64,000 nt of DNA from Octopus vulgaris. Lineage: Eukaryota. Shown here one piece after another: positions 27,225-41,790 of the stretch. Within the stretch, counting starts at the first letter, position 1, and each line of letters starts with the position of its first letter. The translations under genes were made by a program, and so were the position numbers. Below the pieces are notes generated by a model. The model worked only from the letters and a program-made list of their open reading frames with translations, was not told the origin of the DNA and ran no database searches. The stretch covers positions 12,028,001 to 12,092,000 of the forward strand of contig OX597815.1 in assembly GCA_951406725.2 (NCBI GenBank). Direction: 5' to 3'.

Positions 27225-28514
27225 TTAATGGCATAACAAGCACGGTGGCATATATCACTCACCGCCACAATGCACAATTAAATGTTTTATGTTGAATATA
27301 CGGATGTGCAAACAAGTCGAAACTAAAATTCAGTATTTAAGTTATAAACTATCAAATCCTCTATGATCTTTCTGAGTTGTCTCGACGCATTTAATTTCCC
27401 CCTCTCTCTCTATCTGACGCAAACACACACACACGCACACAGAGAATCAAACACACATACACACACACAAACTCTCACACAGATGCAAACACATACAGTT
27501 ACTCACAAAGACACACACACAGTCTGATTTTCCTATTCTATTTCTTTTGACATTTTATAAACTGTATTTGTTTTAGCGTATATTATTTCGTTTCGACATC
27601 AGCAATTCTTTTTCCTGCTTCTCGGTCACGGATATACAAACGCTTACACAAAAACACTCAGACACACTCACACACAGACACAGACACACACATACACACG
27701 CGCTAACACCATACACACACAAGCGAGCTCACACACTGACACACGTACACATACACACACAGGAGCCCGCCTAAAAGCAGTTGTATCCCCATTAATGTGA
27801 CAGTCAATTTCCTATGTTTCGCTATTTATGGAAATTTTATAGTTCTTACACCGCTTCATCCGCCTCTGCCTCTCACCCTCTATTTCTCTCTAGTTCCGTA
27901 CCTTCTCTCAGTATTTATTTCTCTCCAAAATATCGCGTAGCCTTCGTGAATGCCTCGCATCCGTCTACAGGCCACATCAGTTCTCTACATTCAAATTCTT
28001 TCTTTGACTACTTATATATCTCTTTCCATCTTCCTTCTCTCTCTTCAATTTCACACACACATACATACACGCACACATACACATACACACACACAAGTGT
28101 ATATATGTATATATATATATATATATATACTTGCATATGTTTGTATGCGGTGTATCTGTATGCGTTTGTGTGTATGAATAACCATATGTGTGCATGTGTA
28201 TGTGTGCGTATGTGCGTATATACATATACATACACATATAATACATATATAGAGAGGGAGAGGAAGACAGGAAGAGGGAGAGAGAGAAAATTAGAGAGAG
28301 GGGGAGAGGGAGGGGTAGGGAGAGGGAGGGAGACAGTGAGTGAGAAAGAGAAGGAAGGAGAGACCATCAGAGTGGAAGAAGAAGCTCTTTATCTTATGAG
28401 AATCTCTTCCTTTTATTCATTAAACTTTTATTCAACTTCATCTCTTTGACAAATACAGTTTCGTTATCTATCTTTACTTAATTTTCTTTTGCAATTTCCT
28501 TGATTACATTTCTG

Positions 28515-28620
28515 GATTGGAAACAGAAGTTTTGTGACAGTGTTTTTGGACCGGAAACGGAACTTATTGGCTGAAAGACACATCCAATTTCCAATGTAAC
28601 AATGGTCGCCATTTTATATT
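28515..28620. promoter_or_regulatory. Cluster of promoter/enhancer-like motifs in unique sequence
   Basis: Four CCAAT/ATTGG, ETS-like CCGGAA (28551), TGACAG, Sox-like AACAATGG and YY1-like CGCCATTTT within ~105 bp. Motif matches only. Confidence 0.3.
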
Positions 28621-29477
28621 AGAACAGACCTTGATGTTTTTGTTTTTTTTCTTCCCAATAGATAACAGCAGTTTAAACAAACCTCTTTGCAATAAAGAAA
28701 TACCATTCCTATGGACAATAAGACTGCTTGAAATGCGTTATTTTTTGTATGAGAAGAAAATACTCATATCCGCTCAATTTTTGTACGGATCGTAATTTGT
28801 TATGGTATATTTACATTTGTTTCATTTTCTTTCGATATATTTGTCAATTTTCCCATGTAAAATGTAATATGAAAGATTTTCTCTCCTTGATAATATACTA
28901 GCAGAAAACAATACATCCCTTCCTTATTAGATGGGCATCTGCTCTTCAAATGTAGTTGGCCATATGGTATATCTACTCAGAAGAATGTATTTCATTCGTT
29001 TATCCTCCTCCAGTCACCACATATAGTTAGTCTGCACCAATGACTTCATATTATAAAGCCCATGCTATTCTTTCCCGCCAGAAGTTTGGCCTTCTAGTAA
29101 TCTCTCTCCGTCAATGCTATTCCGTTTCACTTCTGTTTACTCCAACGCAGAAGGAGCGTTAACCCATTGATAACATTAGTCGCGTAGGTCCAACAATTTT
29201 GACGTTAGGAAAAATAGGGTAATTATTACGTATAAACTCAGCGATACAAATCTTATAACACTTCATTTTCGCATTTTTTCCTAGAACTTCTTAACCGCCA
29301 AATATGATATCAGTTTTTTTTTTAACAATACTAAGTCAGATATTGATAATCCCTGAAAGATATTTCACTTAACTTTAATGCGGACTTTACAAGCCTCATA
29401 ATCTACGTTACCTGCTACACAACCGCTAGGAAACGTAAGCTTGACTGTTTTTCTATCAATTCATATATATATATATA

Positions 29478-29566
<89 letters not shown>

Positions 29567-29571
29567 TATAT

Positions 29572-29753
29572 ATTTCTTTACTACTCACAATGCGTAAACA
29601 AGGACATGCAAAGGGATTAAGTCGATTACATCGACCCCGGTGCGAAACTGGCACTTTATTTATTGACCCCGAAAGAATGAAAGGCAAAGTCAACCTCGGC
29701 GGAATTTGAACTCAGAACGTAACGACAAACGAAATACCGCTAAGCATTTCGCC
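29572..29753 (-). mobile_element. SINE family B, 5'-truncated
   Basis: gtcgattacatcgacccc...cctcggcggaatttgaactcagaacgtaac...aagcatttcgccc. Confidence 0.9.
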
Positions 29754-29814
<61 letters not shown>

Positions 29815-30887
29815 AGTGTAAATATTTCTACATAGTCTTTTATTATTTCACCTAGTAAGTGATATAAAATGTTTTCATTACTTTTTATTCCGTATTCTTT
29901 GCTCCTATCAATTTTATTTTCATATCGCAATTCCACTTTTCTATATCTGGTGAGCCTCAGGTTTTGCAAGTTTTACCCTACCAAAGTATATAATATTTCG
30001 CCTGCAAATGTTTCTTTTTATCTAGAAATACAAAATCATTTTTTTCTTTACCCACTTATTTTTCAAATTCAGTCAACTTTAGACATTTTCTTTTTTTTTT
30101 TTACCTAAGTCTTTAAGTCGAGTGTGACTACTCTTTGCCAAAACATAGACAGGTGCATATTTATGTGTATTTCTTATCGGATGGATGTGAGTTCGTCCTT
30201 TAAATGGAATTATTTCCAATAGATTTCTAATCTCTTTTCTTCGTATTTTACTTTTGAATTTACTTGTTGGATTTCGTATAGGTTATGGAACCTTGTATAT
30301 AAATAATCCGTATACGATTTCACGTATCAAACGCAGTTCAACAGATTCGTTCATATTCATGCAATGGAGGAGATTAGATGTTAAAACGGATTATATTTTT
30401 CATCTTTCATGTTGCCATACATTTTGTTTGATACAAAAGTTTCAGATATTCATAAATAGATAATAGTAATAGTCAAAGTTGTACTCTCAGTAGCTGATAT
30501 TAACCCACCAAAAGACGTTTGAAGGACAGAGATTGTCTCTTAGTCATCATTTCAGTATTATCGTCTTTGTTCTTGCAGTCATGCCTTTTTGAATCAATAC
30601 TAAGAAATATCTATTAAGTAGGTGCTAATATATGTAATATTAAAAGCCTGACATTCTCTCTCTGAAGTCCTATATGTGTGTCAATGTAACAATTTTAAAA
30701 TAAATTATGCTACTGGTCAGGCTGTATTTGTATGTGCGATTAGGAATCCCAAATAAGGATGTGAATGAATATTCAAATACAAATTTAGTTTTTACTTAAC
30801 ATTCAATTATCCTTTCGACTTAAGGAATTTTAGAAATGGTGTTTAATAGTATATCTATGTATGCATGCATGTATGTATGTATGTATG

Positions 30888-30918
<31 letters not shown>

Positions 30919-30952
30919 GTATGTATGTATGTATGTATGTATTATCTATCTA

Positions 30953-31061
<109 letters not shown>

Positions 31062-31744
31062 TCAGCGTTTATAAGGTTTCGAGTGGAATGACGTTGTTCC
31101 TTCAACAGGGATGTACTTTATCGAAGTGTGCACCGATTTAACTCCATATCGATTTACTTCCTGGCATGTGTTAATTTGTTTTAATATTAATTTTTTATTG
31201 ATGGTTCTTATTCGACATCAGTGCATAACACTTATGAAGTTCCGGTTATAGAAGTAATAATTTATCCGATATAGACGAACATAATTTTCATAATATAATA
31301 TAAAGAAAATGGAGAGCGTAAACACTGAAGAAATCAATTCATTTATTTAATATTCAATTACAGATTACCTGTGCATGTTTCAATTTCTCACCTTTATTGT
31401 TATATTACAATTAAAATCGTATTATGAATTTAAAAGCAATACTATTGTTGTGTATTTCACACCTTGATTATGATCCTCGACATTTTGGCAATGAAGTAAA
31501 TCGTTGGTATTTTCCCTACTCTTATTACCCTGGAAATCGTTTACGTTTTAAGCATTATGTGCTGACATAATTTGGAATGTGTTTTGAAGCGCAGAAAACT
31601 GCCCTTATTTTATGTGTTAGTTTGTGATAGTTATATTCCTTTGAAAAATGTTTAGAGACAGCTTTATAAAATAACTTCACTATATCGGTTCTAATGTGCT
31701 TTGATAATGGTATTATGGATCATACTATATGAGAAAAGTTTAGT

Positions 31745-32073
31745 GAGGGCGCGTGGCTTAGTGGTTAGGGCATTCGGCTCATGATCGTAAGGTTGTGAGT
31801 TCGATTCCCGGCGACGCGTTGTGTCCTTGAGCAAGACACTTTATTTTCACGTTGCTCCAGTCTACTCAGCTGGCAAAAATGAGTTGTACTTGTATTTCAA
31901 AGGGTCAACCTTGTCACTCTCTGTGTCACGCTGATTATCCCCGAGAACTACGTTAAGGGTACACGTGTCTGTGGAATGCTCAGCCATTTGCACGTTAATT
32001 TCACGAGCAAGCTGTTCCGTTGATCGTATCAGCTGGGACCCTCGTCGTCGTAACCGGTGGAGTCTTTTTTTTT
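31745..32073 (+). mobile_element. tRNA-derived SINE family C with 14 bp TSD
   Basis: A-box tggcttagtgg, B-box gagttcgattc and a T-rich end. TSD tatatgagaaaagt at 31726-31739 and 32074-32087. Confidence 0.92.
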
Positions 32074-32234
32074 TATATGAGAAAAGTAAACCTAAAGTCG
32101 TAGCTTAACCTAAAGCTACTTTTCGAATGAAATCCAAAGACACACATGCTGGTATAAATATATACACACACTGGTATTTCAGTCTGTAAGGAACTCTGCA
32201 ATCCTTAAGATGCAAATGAATATATGTCAGATTT

Positions 32235-32325
32235 TGTCCCTGAAGAAAATTTACCTTTCGAATTTCCAATGCAATTTCCTTGTAAAATATGAATGAAGGT
32301 AGGTATTGAAACGTGCATAGGCAAC
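32235..32325 (+). ncRNA. Possible hammerhead with long stem II (degenerate)
   Basis: cc CTGAAGA (32240) ...tacctt...aaggta... GAAA (32308) cgtgca TA gg. Confidence 0.35.
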
Positions 32326-32520
32326 AAGAAATTGATTGCTATGATGTAAACAAATCGATATTCTGTGTTTACACTTTCCATTTTCCGTATCAATATATAT
32401 TTACACAAACACACGTATGTATATACACACACATATATGTATACACACATATAAATAAACACACATACATATATGCATACATATATACATATGGATTTCG
32501 ATTTGGTTAGTCCATCATGC

Positions 32521-32880
<360 letters not shown>

Positions 32881-32895
32881 ATACATATACACGGT

Positions 32896-32933
<38 letters not shown>

Positions 32934-33068
32934 GTCATCCCATGAGTAATGTCCGAATTACAAATCGTGTGCCATCTCTACAAGAAGCTTTTGCAATATA
33001 AAATGGGATGTGGTTTACGGAAGGTCATTCATTATTTGTATAAATATATGAAAGGGACAGTTTTAGAT

Positions 33069-33411
33069 GAGTTCTTCTCAACTGGGATCCATATGGCTCT
33101 GAGAGTCCATATCAGCTTTGTGAGTCAATGCTACAAAATAATAAATAGGGCACCCACAATAATATTCTAAGGGCACCGGAAGACATTATGCTTTAGATGT
33201 ATATATTTTATGGATTACAACAAACATCTAGGATTCTTTCTTTAACATTTTAAATAGTTCACCCTCCAGAGGTTAACGTGTAAAATGCAAAATATAAATT
33301 TTAAAATAATTATTTACAGAACACGTTTTTAAACATAGAATGGCTATGTATAAAATAGGATAAAATAGTAATTAGCGGGGTGCATAAATAAAGAATGGTT
33401 GAGAACCACTT
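33069..33411. mobile_element. Degenerate hAT-like MITE
   Basis: Imperfect TIRs gagttcttctcaac / gttgagaaccactt resemble CAGTGGTTCTCAAC hAT ends. No 8 bp TSD is recognisable. Confidence 0.45.
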
Positions 33412-33884
33412 GATATTTTCTCAGTATGGTTTTAATGCTGCAACGTTTTCACACTTGAACCACAAGAGAGATATTTTCTCGATGGTAACTGCAGTTGAAA
33501 TATGTAACAAAAAATATTTCAACTAACCTAAATTCTACTCATACCTAAACACTGCTTTGCGCCTATACTCCGTTAGTTAATTTGATCGGGCGAGCTACTA
33601 GCGCAGATCAACGTGTAGACCGAATTCTGTATAAAGAAATAACTTTAGATATAAAGCTAATGCTTTAGGTACGTTCAAAGTTGTTTCTCTTAGGTATATC
33701 TTATTTCACGTGAGTAAAAAAGATCAAAGCATCGACGTCAGTTGACTATTTAACACCTTACTACTTTCATACTACCTACATTCTTTCTTATTCTCCCTTC
33801 TCTTTCTTCTACTTCTTCCTCTTCTTCTTTTTCTTCTTATTCTTCTTCTTCTTCTTCTTCTTCTTATTATTATTTTTATTATTG

Positions 33885-33958
<74 letters not shown>

Positions 33959-34595
33959 CATTATTATTATTATTATTATTATTATTCTCCCTTCTATTTC
34001 TTCTTTTTTTTTCTTTTTCTTCCCTACCAAGAATTCACGACGACCTCGAACACACAAGAGTGAACAAGAGAAACAGAGACAGGCAGAAACAAGGAAAATG
34101 CCCCTAGTATTTGAACGCTATGCCTGGGTTCGGCTGCTCTGCATTGATAAAGGGCAAATATCCTGAAAATAGTCTGCAAATGCCTGACCAGCAAGGAGAA
34201 ACGGCTGATCTCTCATGTTCGAAGGTTATTATGGACACAGGTTCATGTGTCACGTTCATGTTAACTATTAATATCCAGTACCGCTGACGTAGTCTCCTTT
34301 GCAGAGACTTAGAAATAATAATATTTTCATATATATATATACCTACAGAGTCATTGATCTCTATTAAAACAATACTTCTGATGTGTCACTACTTCACAAG
34401 AACACAACTGCCTAAAAATGAGCTGCCAACTATTCACGACGGAACCGATGAAACAATTGATCAAAGTCCTGCATTATCGTTTTCTTAAGGAGATATTTCG
34501 TCCCTTGCACAACTGAACCTCTTACAGTATGTGTTCATTAGTTAAAAAGATCATAAATATTCACATTACATGTTTGTATGCTACATACATACACA

Positions 34596-34667
<72 letters not shown>

Positions 34668-36728
34668 CATATGAAGAGAGAGTGAAAGAAGGAAAAGAGA
34701 GACTCGACTTTATTAATGTATATATCCTGCGATGTCTGTGCGTGTGTCTGCTTAAACTTTGTCGCTATTGTGCCGTTAAAGTCAACGGGTATGAATATAA
34801 ATGCATAATCTATAGAAAGTTCTTCGATAGACATGTCGAATCCCTTATGCTTTAAAGAAAATGTCTGTACAACCGAAAGCTTCTTTCTTCTATCATACTT
34901 GTGTCCTCGGTGAGTAGTTGAATGCCTGAATTTATTATACACTTTCAGTCTTTTAGGAACAGCTGATTCATACGTTTTTTGGTTCGATACTGCCATATAT
35001 CATGACTTATTTTATCTATTTACCTCTTTACTATCTTTTTCATTTTCATTTATCCCATTCATTGCTCTCACAGATCGATGTCTTTACTTGCCAGTCTGAT
35101 GCTTTCATTCGAAACTACCATCTTTTCATTTAGCAAGCCAATGTTTATCATTGATAAATGTCCAAATCATCTGATTTGGTAATTTATCAAAATAATGTCT
35201 TAGCCTCCTATATCAAATACTTCATTCCATCAATATTATACATTGATAATAATAACAATTTCAATTTTCCTCAATGAAAGACATGAAATTGTTTCCAATC
35301 TACATTTACCAAATTTATATGGAACCAATTTCATTTGTATAGCTTTCACATAAAACGGCAAATTGCAAGGAAAATAATTCACAAATACATAAACACAATG
35401 AATCGAATAAGTATATGAAATTTCATTTCACCATTTGTCGTAGATGAACCTCAATTCCATTCGAAGAAACCAGAACATGTGAGAGAATGTCGAAATCCTT
35501 CAATGTAAGTTATTGTATTATAGTCGTTAAGCTTAGCATTATCGTCCTATCATGTAGGTCTGAAGCCAATTTCTTGAAGTTCAGCTTATAGCTATCTTTC
35601 TTTCAACCACTACTGTGCTCATATATTCTTGCTTTAGTAATGATGGCCACTTTGCATATATACATTTTTTTTTTACTTCCGTGAACCTTTATTCAGTAAA
35701 GGGTCTGATCTAGGCTAATAGTCTATTTGAGTGTAATTGCAATGCATGTAAGATACAGGGAATCCTTTGAACGTTGTGATTTTCTCGAGTTATTGACATT
35801 TTTCTGTGTAAGAATAATGGAGGCTAAACATAAAACGCCTCAATCAAATAATGCAGATTGCATTCATTTCAGCTGGTTATATTCTTATAGTGTTTGAAAT
35901 TACTAGTCTTTGTCACTTGAAATGACATAAGATTTGAGACCAAAAATAAAAGAAATAAAAAAAGCGATCTCAGCACTTAATCAACATCATCTTCAAGTAG
36001 TATCATAAAAAGTTCAGCATCATCAGGTGTAGAGCAACAACCTGATTAAGCTGTATTATTTAAGGTGTATTATATAAGGCCAACGTATGCTGTTATTTAT
36101 GTATATCTTTAAACAGTTTTCAATTTCAAGGACAACTGGATGATAATTATATAACCAACGTTAGATCTGAAGGCAAGTCCAGTTTGATAATGCAAATATA
36201 TATTGCTGACGCAGAATTATACAGAGGTAATATGCTTCAAATATCAAAAGAAATAAACCGTTCATCTCGTGTAGAATATGATACGTTAAACAATATGTAG
36301 AAAATGAAATATGTGGACGATTATTTGTTCAATGCCTTTATAAATTCACAAAAAATAAGGGCAGCGTTTCGTAGCTGTAATGCTACTGATGCTCAATTAT
36401 CATGGAATTTTTAAATTTCTGCAAAGAATATGATATTGGTGTCTCAGAATCAAATTGTAAAATTAAAATTTCCAAAAATTTGAAGAGTATGGTCATCGAT
36501 ACACTGTATATCAAGAAAATAAGATGCAAAATAATACTGGATATTAATGTCTGATTCTACAGGGAAAACTTGGTGCTAACCAAAATCAACAACTAGTTTG
36601 ATTTACTCTAATGCACGCCTAACACAGAGTTTCTTTAACATAGAATTTGTGCAAATGTTTGTCTGTGATGCGTTATAAGTATGTGTGTGTGTGAGCGTGT
36701 GTATCCGTCTGTGTGTGCATATGTATAT

Positions 36729-36789
<61 letters not shown>

Positions 36790-36949
36790 CAGAAAAAAAC
36801 TTCTGATAAACGTTTCAATAAAGAAAGATGTTATTCACACCATATAGAAAAATACTATTAAAAAAATCTTATTCTAAAAATCAATAGAGTACAATGAATA
36901 GTAAATAGTAGTAAAAAGACTACGCGCGTTTCCTTTTAAAATATATGGA

Positions 36950-37230
36950 TTGATATTTACAATATATAATGAGAACTATAATGTTCATTATTTAGATGCT
37001 AATTTTAATTTAAAACCAGGTTAAACCCAAACATTACATAAAATTAATAAAAAAACCTTAGATATATTAATGCTAATAGTAATCATCCACCCTCAATTAA
37101 GAAATCATTGATAAATAATATAGGTAAAAGAATATCGTTGCTGTCTTCTACTTTTGAGATTTTCCAAACCTACGCACCTTATTATAATGAAGCCTTGCAA
37201 GAGGCGGGATATATTAATAATATTAAATTC
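36950..37230 (+). pseudogene. Penelope-like element reverse transcriptase C-terminal/thumb fragment
   Basis: Broken frames give NVHYLDANFNL...RYINANSNHPPSIKKSLINNIGKRISLLSSTFEIFQTYAPYYNEALQEAGY, matching the PLE SNHPP...RLSxxSS...Y..AL..SGY region. Confidence 0.8.
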
Positions 37231-37524
37231 TTTAATAATTCTAAATATGATTAAAATATAAAAGATTATAATATAAATGATTCCTATATTTTTATAATAA
37301 TAAACCTAACATTAAGAATTAGTATACGTTTTATTTAGGTAAATATGGTGTTAATAATATGTATTATGATAATACAAAATATAAATGTAATAATAGACTA
37401 ATAAGATTAAATTAAAGGTCATTGGAAACACCTGTTGTGAATGAAACATTAGTCATCTGCTGTTATGTATATTTATTAAGGCGGCACAGTCGTTAGCACG
37501 CCAGGCAGAATGCTTGGCGTTATT

Positions 37525-38015
37525 TCGTAAGTCCGGAGGAGCTGAATCTGGAGAACAGGGTAGGTGTGGAAGAGATAGCATATTGTTTTTGGCAAGAACA
37601 GATCCGATCGCTTTCGCTAAATGGCCTCCCTCAGAGGCTTCGAAACTTCGCAGTAAAACTTTCGTTTTACAGTCTTGCCTTAGGCGATGAAGTCTTGATG
37701 CACAATATCACATTTCCCGAGGTGACGTTTGTGGCAAGTCTTCCAGATCACTCTTCGACTTCAAAGGAAGTTCTTCCACTCTTGAAGAGCCCGTGCCACA
37801 TGAAACATTGCGTACGAGGCTTTGCATCGTTAACGAAAGTTTTCCGAAACATACGAAATGTCTCTGTAGCAGACCTCTCAAGTTTAACTCAAAGTTTCAC
37901 GTTGGCTCTTTGTACCTGTCCATGAAAGATCGCAGACTACAGCATACACGTAATCACAAAAAACGCAAATATGACTATAGAAATAGTCCGGAAACGTTTT
38001 TATACCCTCTTCGTA
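37525..38015 (-). mobile_element. Internally deleted mariner element
   Basis: Minus strand has a TIR-like start (tacgaagagggtataaaaacgtttccggact), an N-terminal HTH segment RTQCFMWHGLFKSGRTSFEVEE*SGR and a C-terminal LPHLPCSPDSAPPD-like motif. Confidence 0.75.
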
Positions 38016-39517
38016 TACTTAGATGAAGTGTATTCCTTTTTATTAATTTATGCTTGCAGGAGACACAGCGTCCTGTTTTGCAGAGATTGGTGTGAATATA
38101 AACGCTATTTCTCAATAAATGCTGACTAGAGTCCTTCTTCAATTGCTGGCAACGAAGTTTCTCCGCTAAAGTATCCCCGTGTCGGGTGGTGTTATTAAAT
38201 AAGAACACAATTAATCTGACCACGCATGAGGAATTACAACCGTGTTTCGTGGTCTGCTACCACAACAGCCCCTTTATAAGATCCAGTTAGCTCAAGGCAT
38301 CATCAGGAGGAACCACGTCCGGTTTCGGTCTCTACTCTTCTACCATTTTGGCGTGGCGTTTCTCCCTTTATGAGGTGTCTTCAGCTCTGGTTTTTATAAC
38401 GGTCCATTCGACGGGCTCCTGTGTATTTCTTCTCCCTCTAAGTCCACAATTCCACCAAGAATTTCCGCGGTTAATATTGAAAACACATGCATGAATTACC
38501 ATTTCCTGACATGAAAACTAGTGATAGAAAAATGAAATAATAAATTGAGTATAGCTGAATTTTACATCAAGATGCTATAAAATATTTACAGCACTCACTC
38601 CTCGAGGTTCATTTATAATCATTGCTGACAAAATTGATTTGGCAATATTATGTGTAATATTAACTTTCATAGCCATAACTGGTTCATTTGACATCATTCA
38701 CTACACCCCGTATATTCATTCATATTGCTTATCAGCAAGAACTGTCCAGAAGCAAAAGGTACAATGACACAACAATAATAATGACAACGAACACGATGAT
38801 ATGCAATTAACACTACTGCTTTATGTATTTAATGATTCATTACACTAAACATACGGACGGTGAAATTAAGTATTAAATAGATTCTTCGGAGCAGAGATTC
38901 TTCGAAGTTGTATTAGTAAATAAATTGCTGTACATTTGGAAATTCTTTATACAGAATGTTTTGGTAGAATTTGTCGAACAATAAAGCGTTATCTGCATGA
39001 CATTTCTACACGGGCATTTCTTACTAAAGTAAAATAAGATTCACTGCTTCCATCTGACTTCCTTCGATGTTACTGAAATGAGAATATGAAGTGAATGCTC
39101 GTGATCAGCGTGGAGATAATTACTAATGGATGGGACGTGATTACTTTTCTTTAAGGAAATAATTAGATTTTGTACGTATTTCTCTCATTAATTTAGTTTT
39201 ATTCGCTCTGCGTCGACATCTGTTGATCAACATCACTATAACATTCAAGATTAAACGACATGTCTAATTTTGGCAAACCAAAGGAGTGTTTCTTTTCAAC
39301 GCACAGCGGTAGGCAATTAAAGAAGAAAAGCATGGAAATGAAGAGTTGTGACACGTCGGAATCGGAAATGTCAAGGTGATACGACTCTGATGGTTCAACG
39401 TTCTGCCTATGTTACTCCGTTCATTCGAAGAATAATATTAATTATAATTAAAACAGAAATTAGGTTAGTCTGGGGTAATGTTTAGTTACTTTCAGTTAAA
39501 ATATGTATTTTTACACA

Positions 39518-39640
<123 letters not shown>

Positions 39641-40070
39641 ACACACTCACATACCAAAAATATACAAATATGAAATATAAAAATTCAAAGAAATTTTCAG
39701 TCGGAAAAATGTATATAAATATGTTTTTGTTGAGATAAAATACTTATATAATCGGCCAGTTTTGCTTATGCTAATTGTAATTAAATAGCACGGGATAACA
39801 TTATAATTTAACGATGTCATAATTTTTCATTTCAATGTATGAAATACCTTGCCAACTACTGTAATGAAAATCATTATGGTAACATGAAATTATATCATTA
39901 TCATTAATTATTTACTCATGATTAGGATAATTGAATCCGGTAGACTAAGTAAATAGTTTAGGACATATAAGTATACTTATATATACATATCTATATTTTT
40001 CCAACAGAATGTCTGAGCATCTTACTTTTTAGTACATTTCACCATGTGGAACTTCTTTGCTTGAAACTTT

Positions 40071-40105
<35 letters not shown>

Positions 40106-40139
40106 TAGCTACACCCTCGTTACGTTACACGAGAAACGC

Positions 40140-41790
40140 GAAGACTTACTGAAATGATTCATTACTGATGCCGTGTTGTGCCCGTATATGACTTTTTAAG
40201 CCCAGCCAAAGTTTTACACATTCTGTCACATACGGCGCAGCTGTGCTGGTTGGCAGGAGAAACAGGTGCTTCCGTATGTACTCTCTTAACATGTCTTTTG
40301 AGATCTCCAAATGAGAGGCACATCCTTGCGCATTTTACACGTTCTGTTATGAATTGCAATAGCCACATCACTGTTTATCATGGGTAGATTCCTACGAGAT
40401 TTTTGATGGCTGACCAGACCTGCAAAACTCAAACACCTCTTATAATCCACACACACAAAAAGCAACACACTCTCACTCTCCATAGCTTTGCTCTTTCTAG
40501 GATTCCTCCAAATTCTCTCATATTTCACTCTCTCCCACTCAAACCCCAGACAAAAACTACGCACTATCTTTCTCCATCCATCTGATCTTGCTTCTCCCTC
40601 TTCCAATCAACAACTGCAATTCCTATTTATATTAGAGCATTTTAAGTCAATACTCGTACCTTAGTTTAGACTTATACGCTGGTCTCCATCAGTCTTTCAG
40701 CTCACCATACAATAGCTGCTTGGGAAATCTCTCACCACTCATCTTTACCAGATGTCGCCGTCATCTCAAATGTCTTTGCAAAATCATTGACTCAATACTT
40801 CCTTTCCTCTCAAGCACCTGCACTTCACTAATGGCCATTTCCAGTTTATCCTCAATTTTTTTTTCTCAGAGAGTATTGTTGGTATCGCTTCACTTGTCTT
40901 ACATACCTATGGTAAATAAACCATGCCTCACTCCCATATAGCAAAGATGACAGGATGCGCATGTTATATACCTTAACTTTAATTTTTGAAGATATATTAT
41001 GTCCTGTCCACAGACGCCTATCAAGCCTGCCAAAAGTACTACTATCCTTGCAGATTCTACATGGAATTTTATCATCAAGACCAGCAGTGCTCAAGGTAGT
41101 TCCTAAATAAATAAATCGAGACACTGTCTCTACCATTTGACCATTCACGGGTATAAAAGGTTCCACATACGTCTAGGAGGGTGCAGATTGATAATTAGAC
41201 CCAATGTTCCACATGCTGCGGAAATTACATTCAGCATTTCTGGAAACGTGCCAACAGGTCACCTGCGTACATGTGCACAGACTCTTTTGAGATAGAACAG
41301 TTTTCCGGTTATCCTATATCTTATATAGACTCACTCCACCTATTTGAAAGACTATTGCAAAATACATACCAAACAATGTAGGAACAGGAATATCACCTTG
41401 TTGTACATAATTATCTAAGATACCTCCAACATTAACTCTCACTTGTCATGAAACTATCTAAGCATTCTCACGAATTTTGGGGGGCATGCTGGTTTTTTTC
41501 AGGTTCTTCCAATGTGCAACTCTATTGACGGAATCAAACGCTTTCGTCAGATCAATGAAACCCGATATTAGTTAATATCCTGTTCGATGCACTTCTCTTG
41601 CAACTGTTTTGCTGAAAATATCATATCCATATTACTCCTACTATCCCTAAACCCACATTGCGATTCTAGTACAACCTCATCAGCATTGTGCGGAATCAAT
41701 CTGTCCAGCATAACCCTACAAAAGATTTTTCCAGCAACAGCTTACAAACAGATGCCGCCATAATTATCACAGACACTGTCCTGTTCATTG
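40140..41790 (-). mobile_element. Degenerate RTE-clade LINE ORF2 (RT plus C-terminal zinc fingers)
   Basis: ESQCGFRDSRS..DMIFSAKQLQEKCIEQ, FIDLTKAFDSVNR, FIYLGTTLS..RICKDSSTFGRL..LW, LLYGSEAW, CAVCDRMCKTLAGLK. Many stops and frameshifts. Confidence 0.9.

Noticed and set aside
36300-36335. KYVDDYLF as a telomerase (TERT) exon
   Set aside because: In-frame stop just upstream, no GIPQGS-type motif B' and no splice structure. At best a retroelement remnant.
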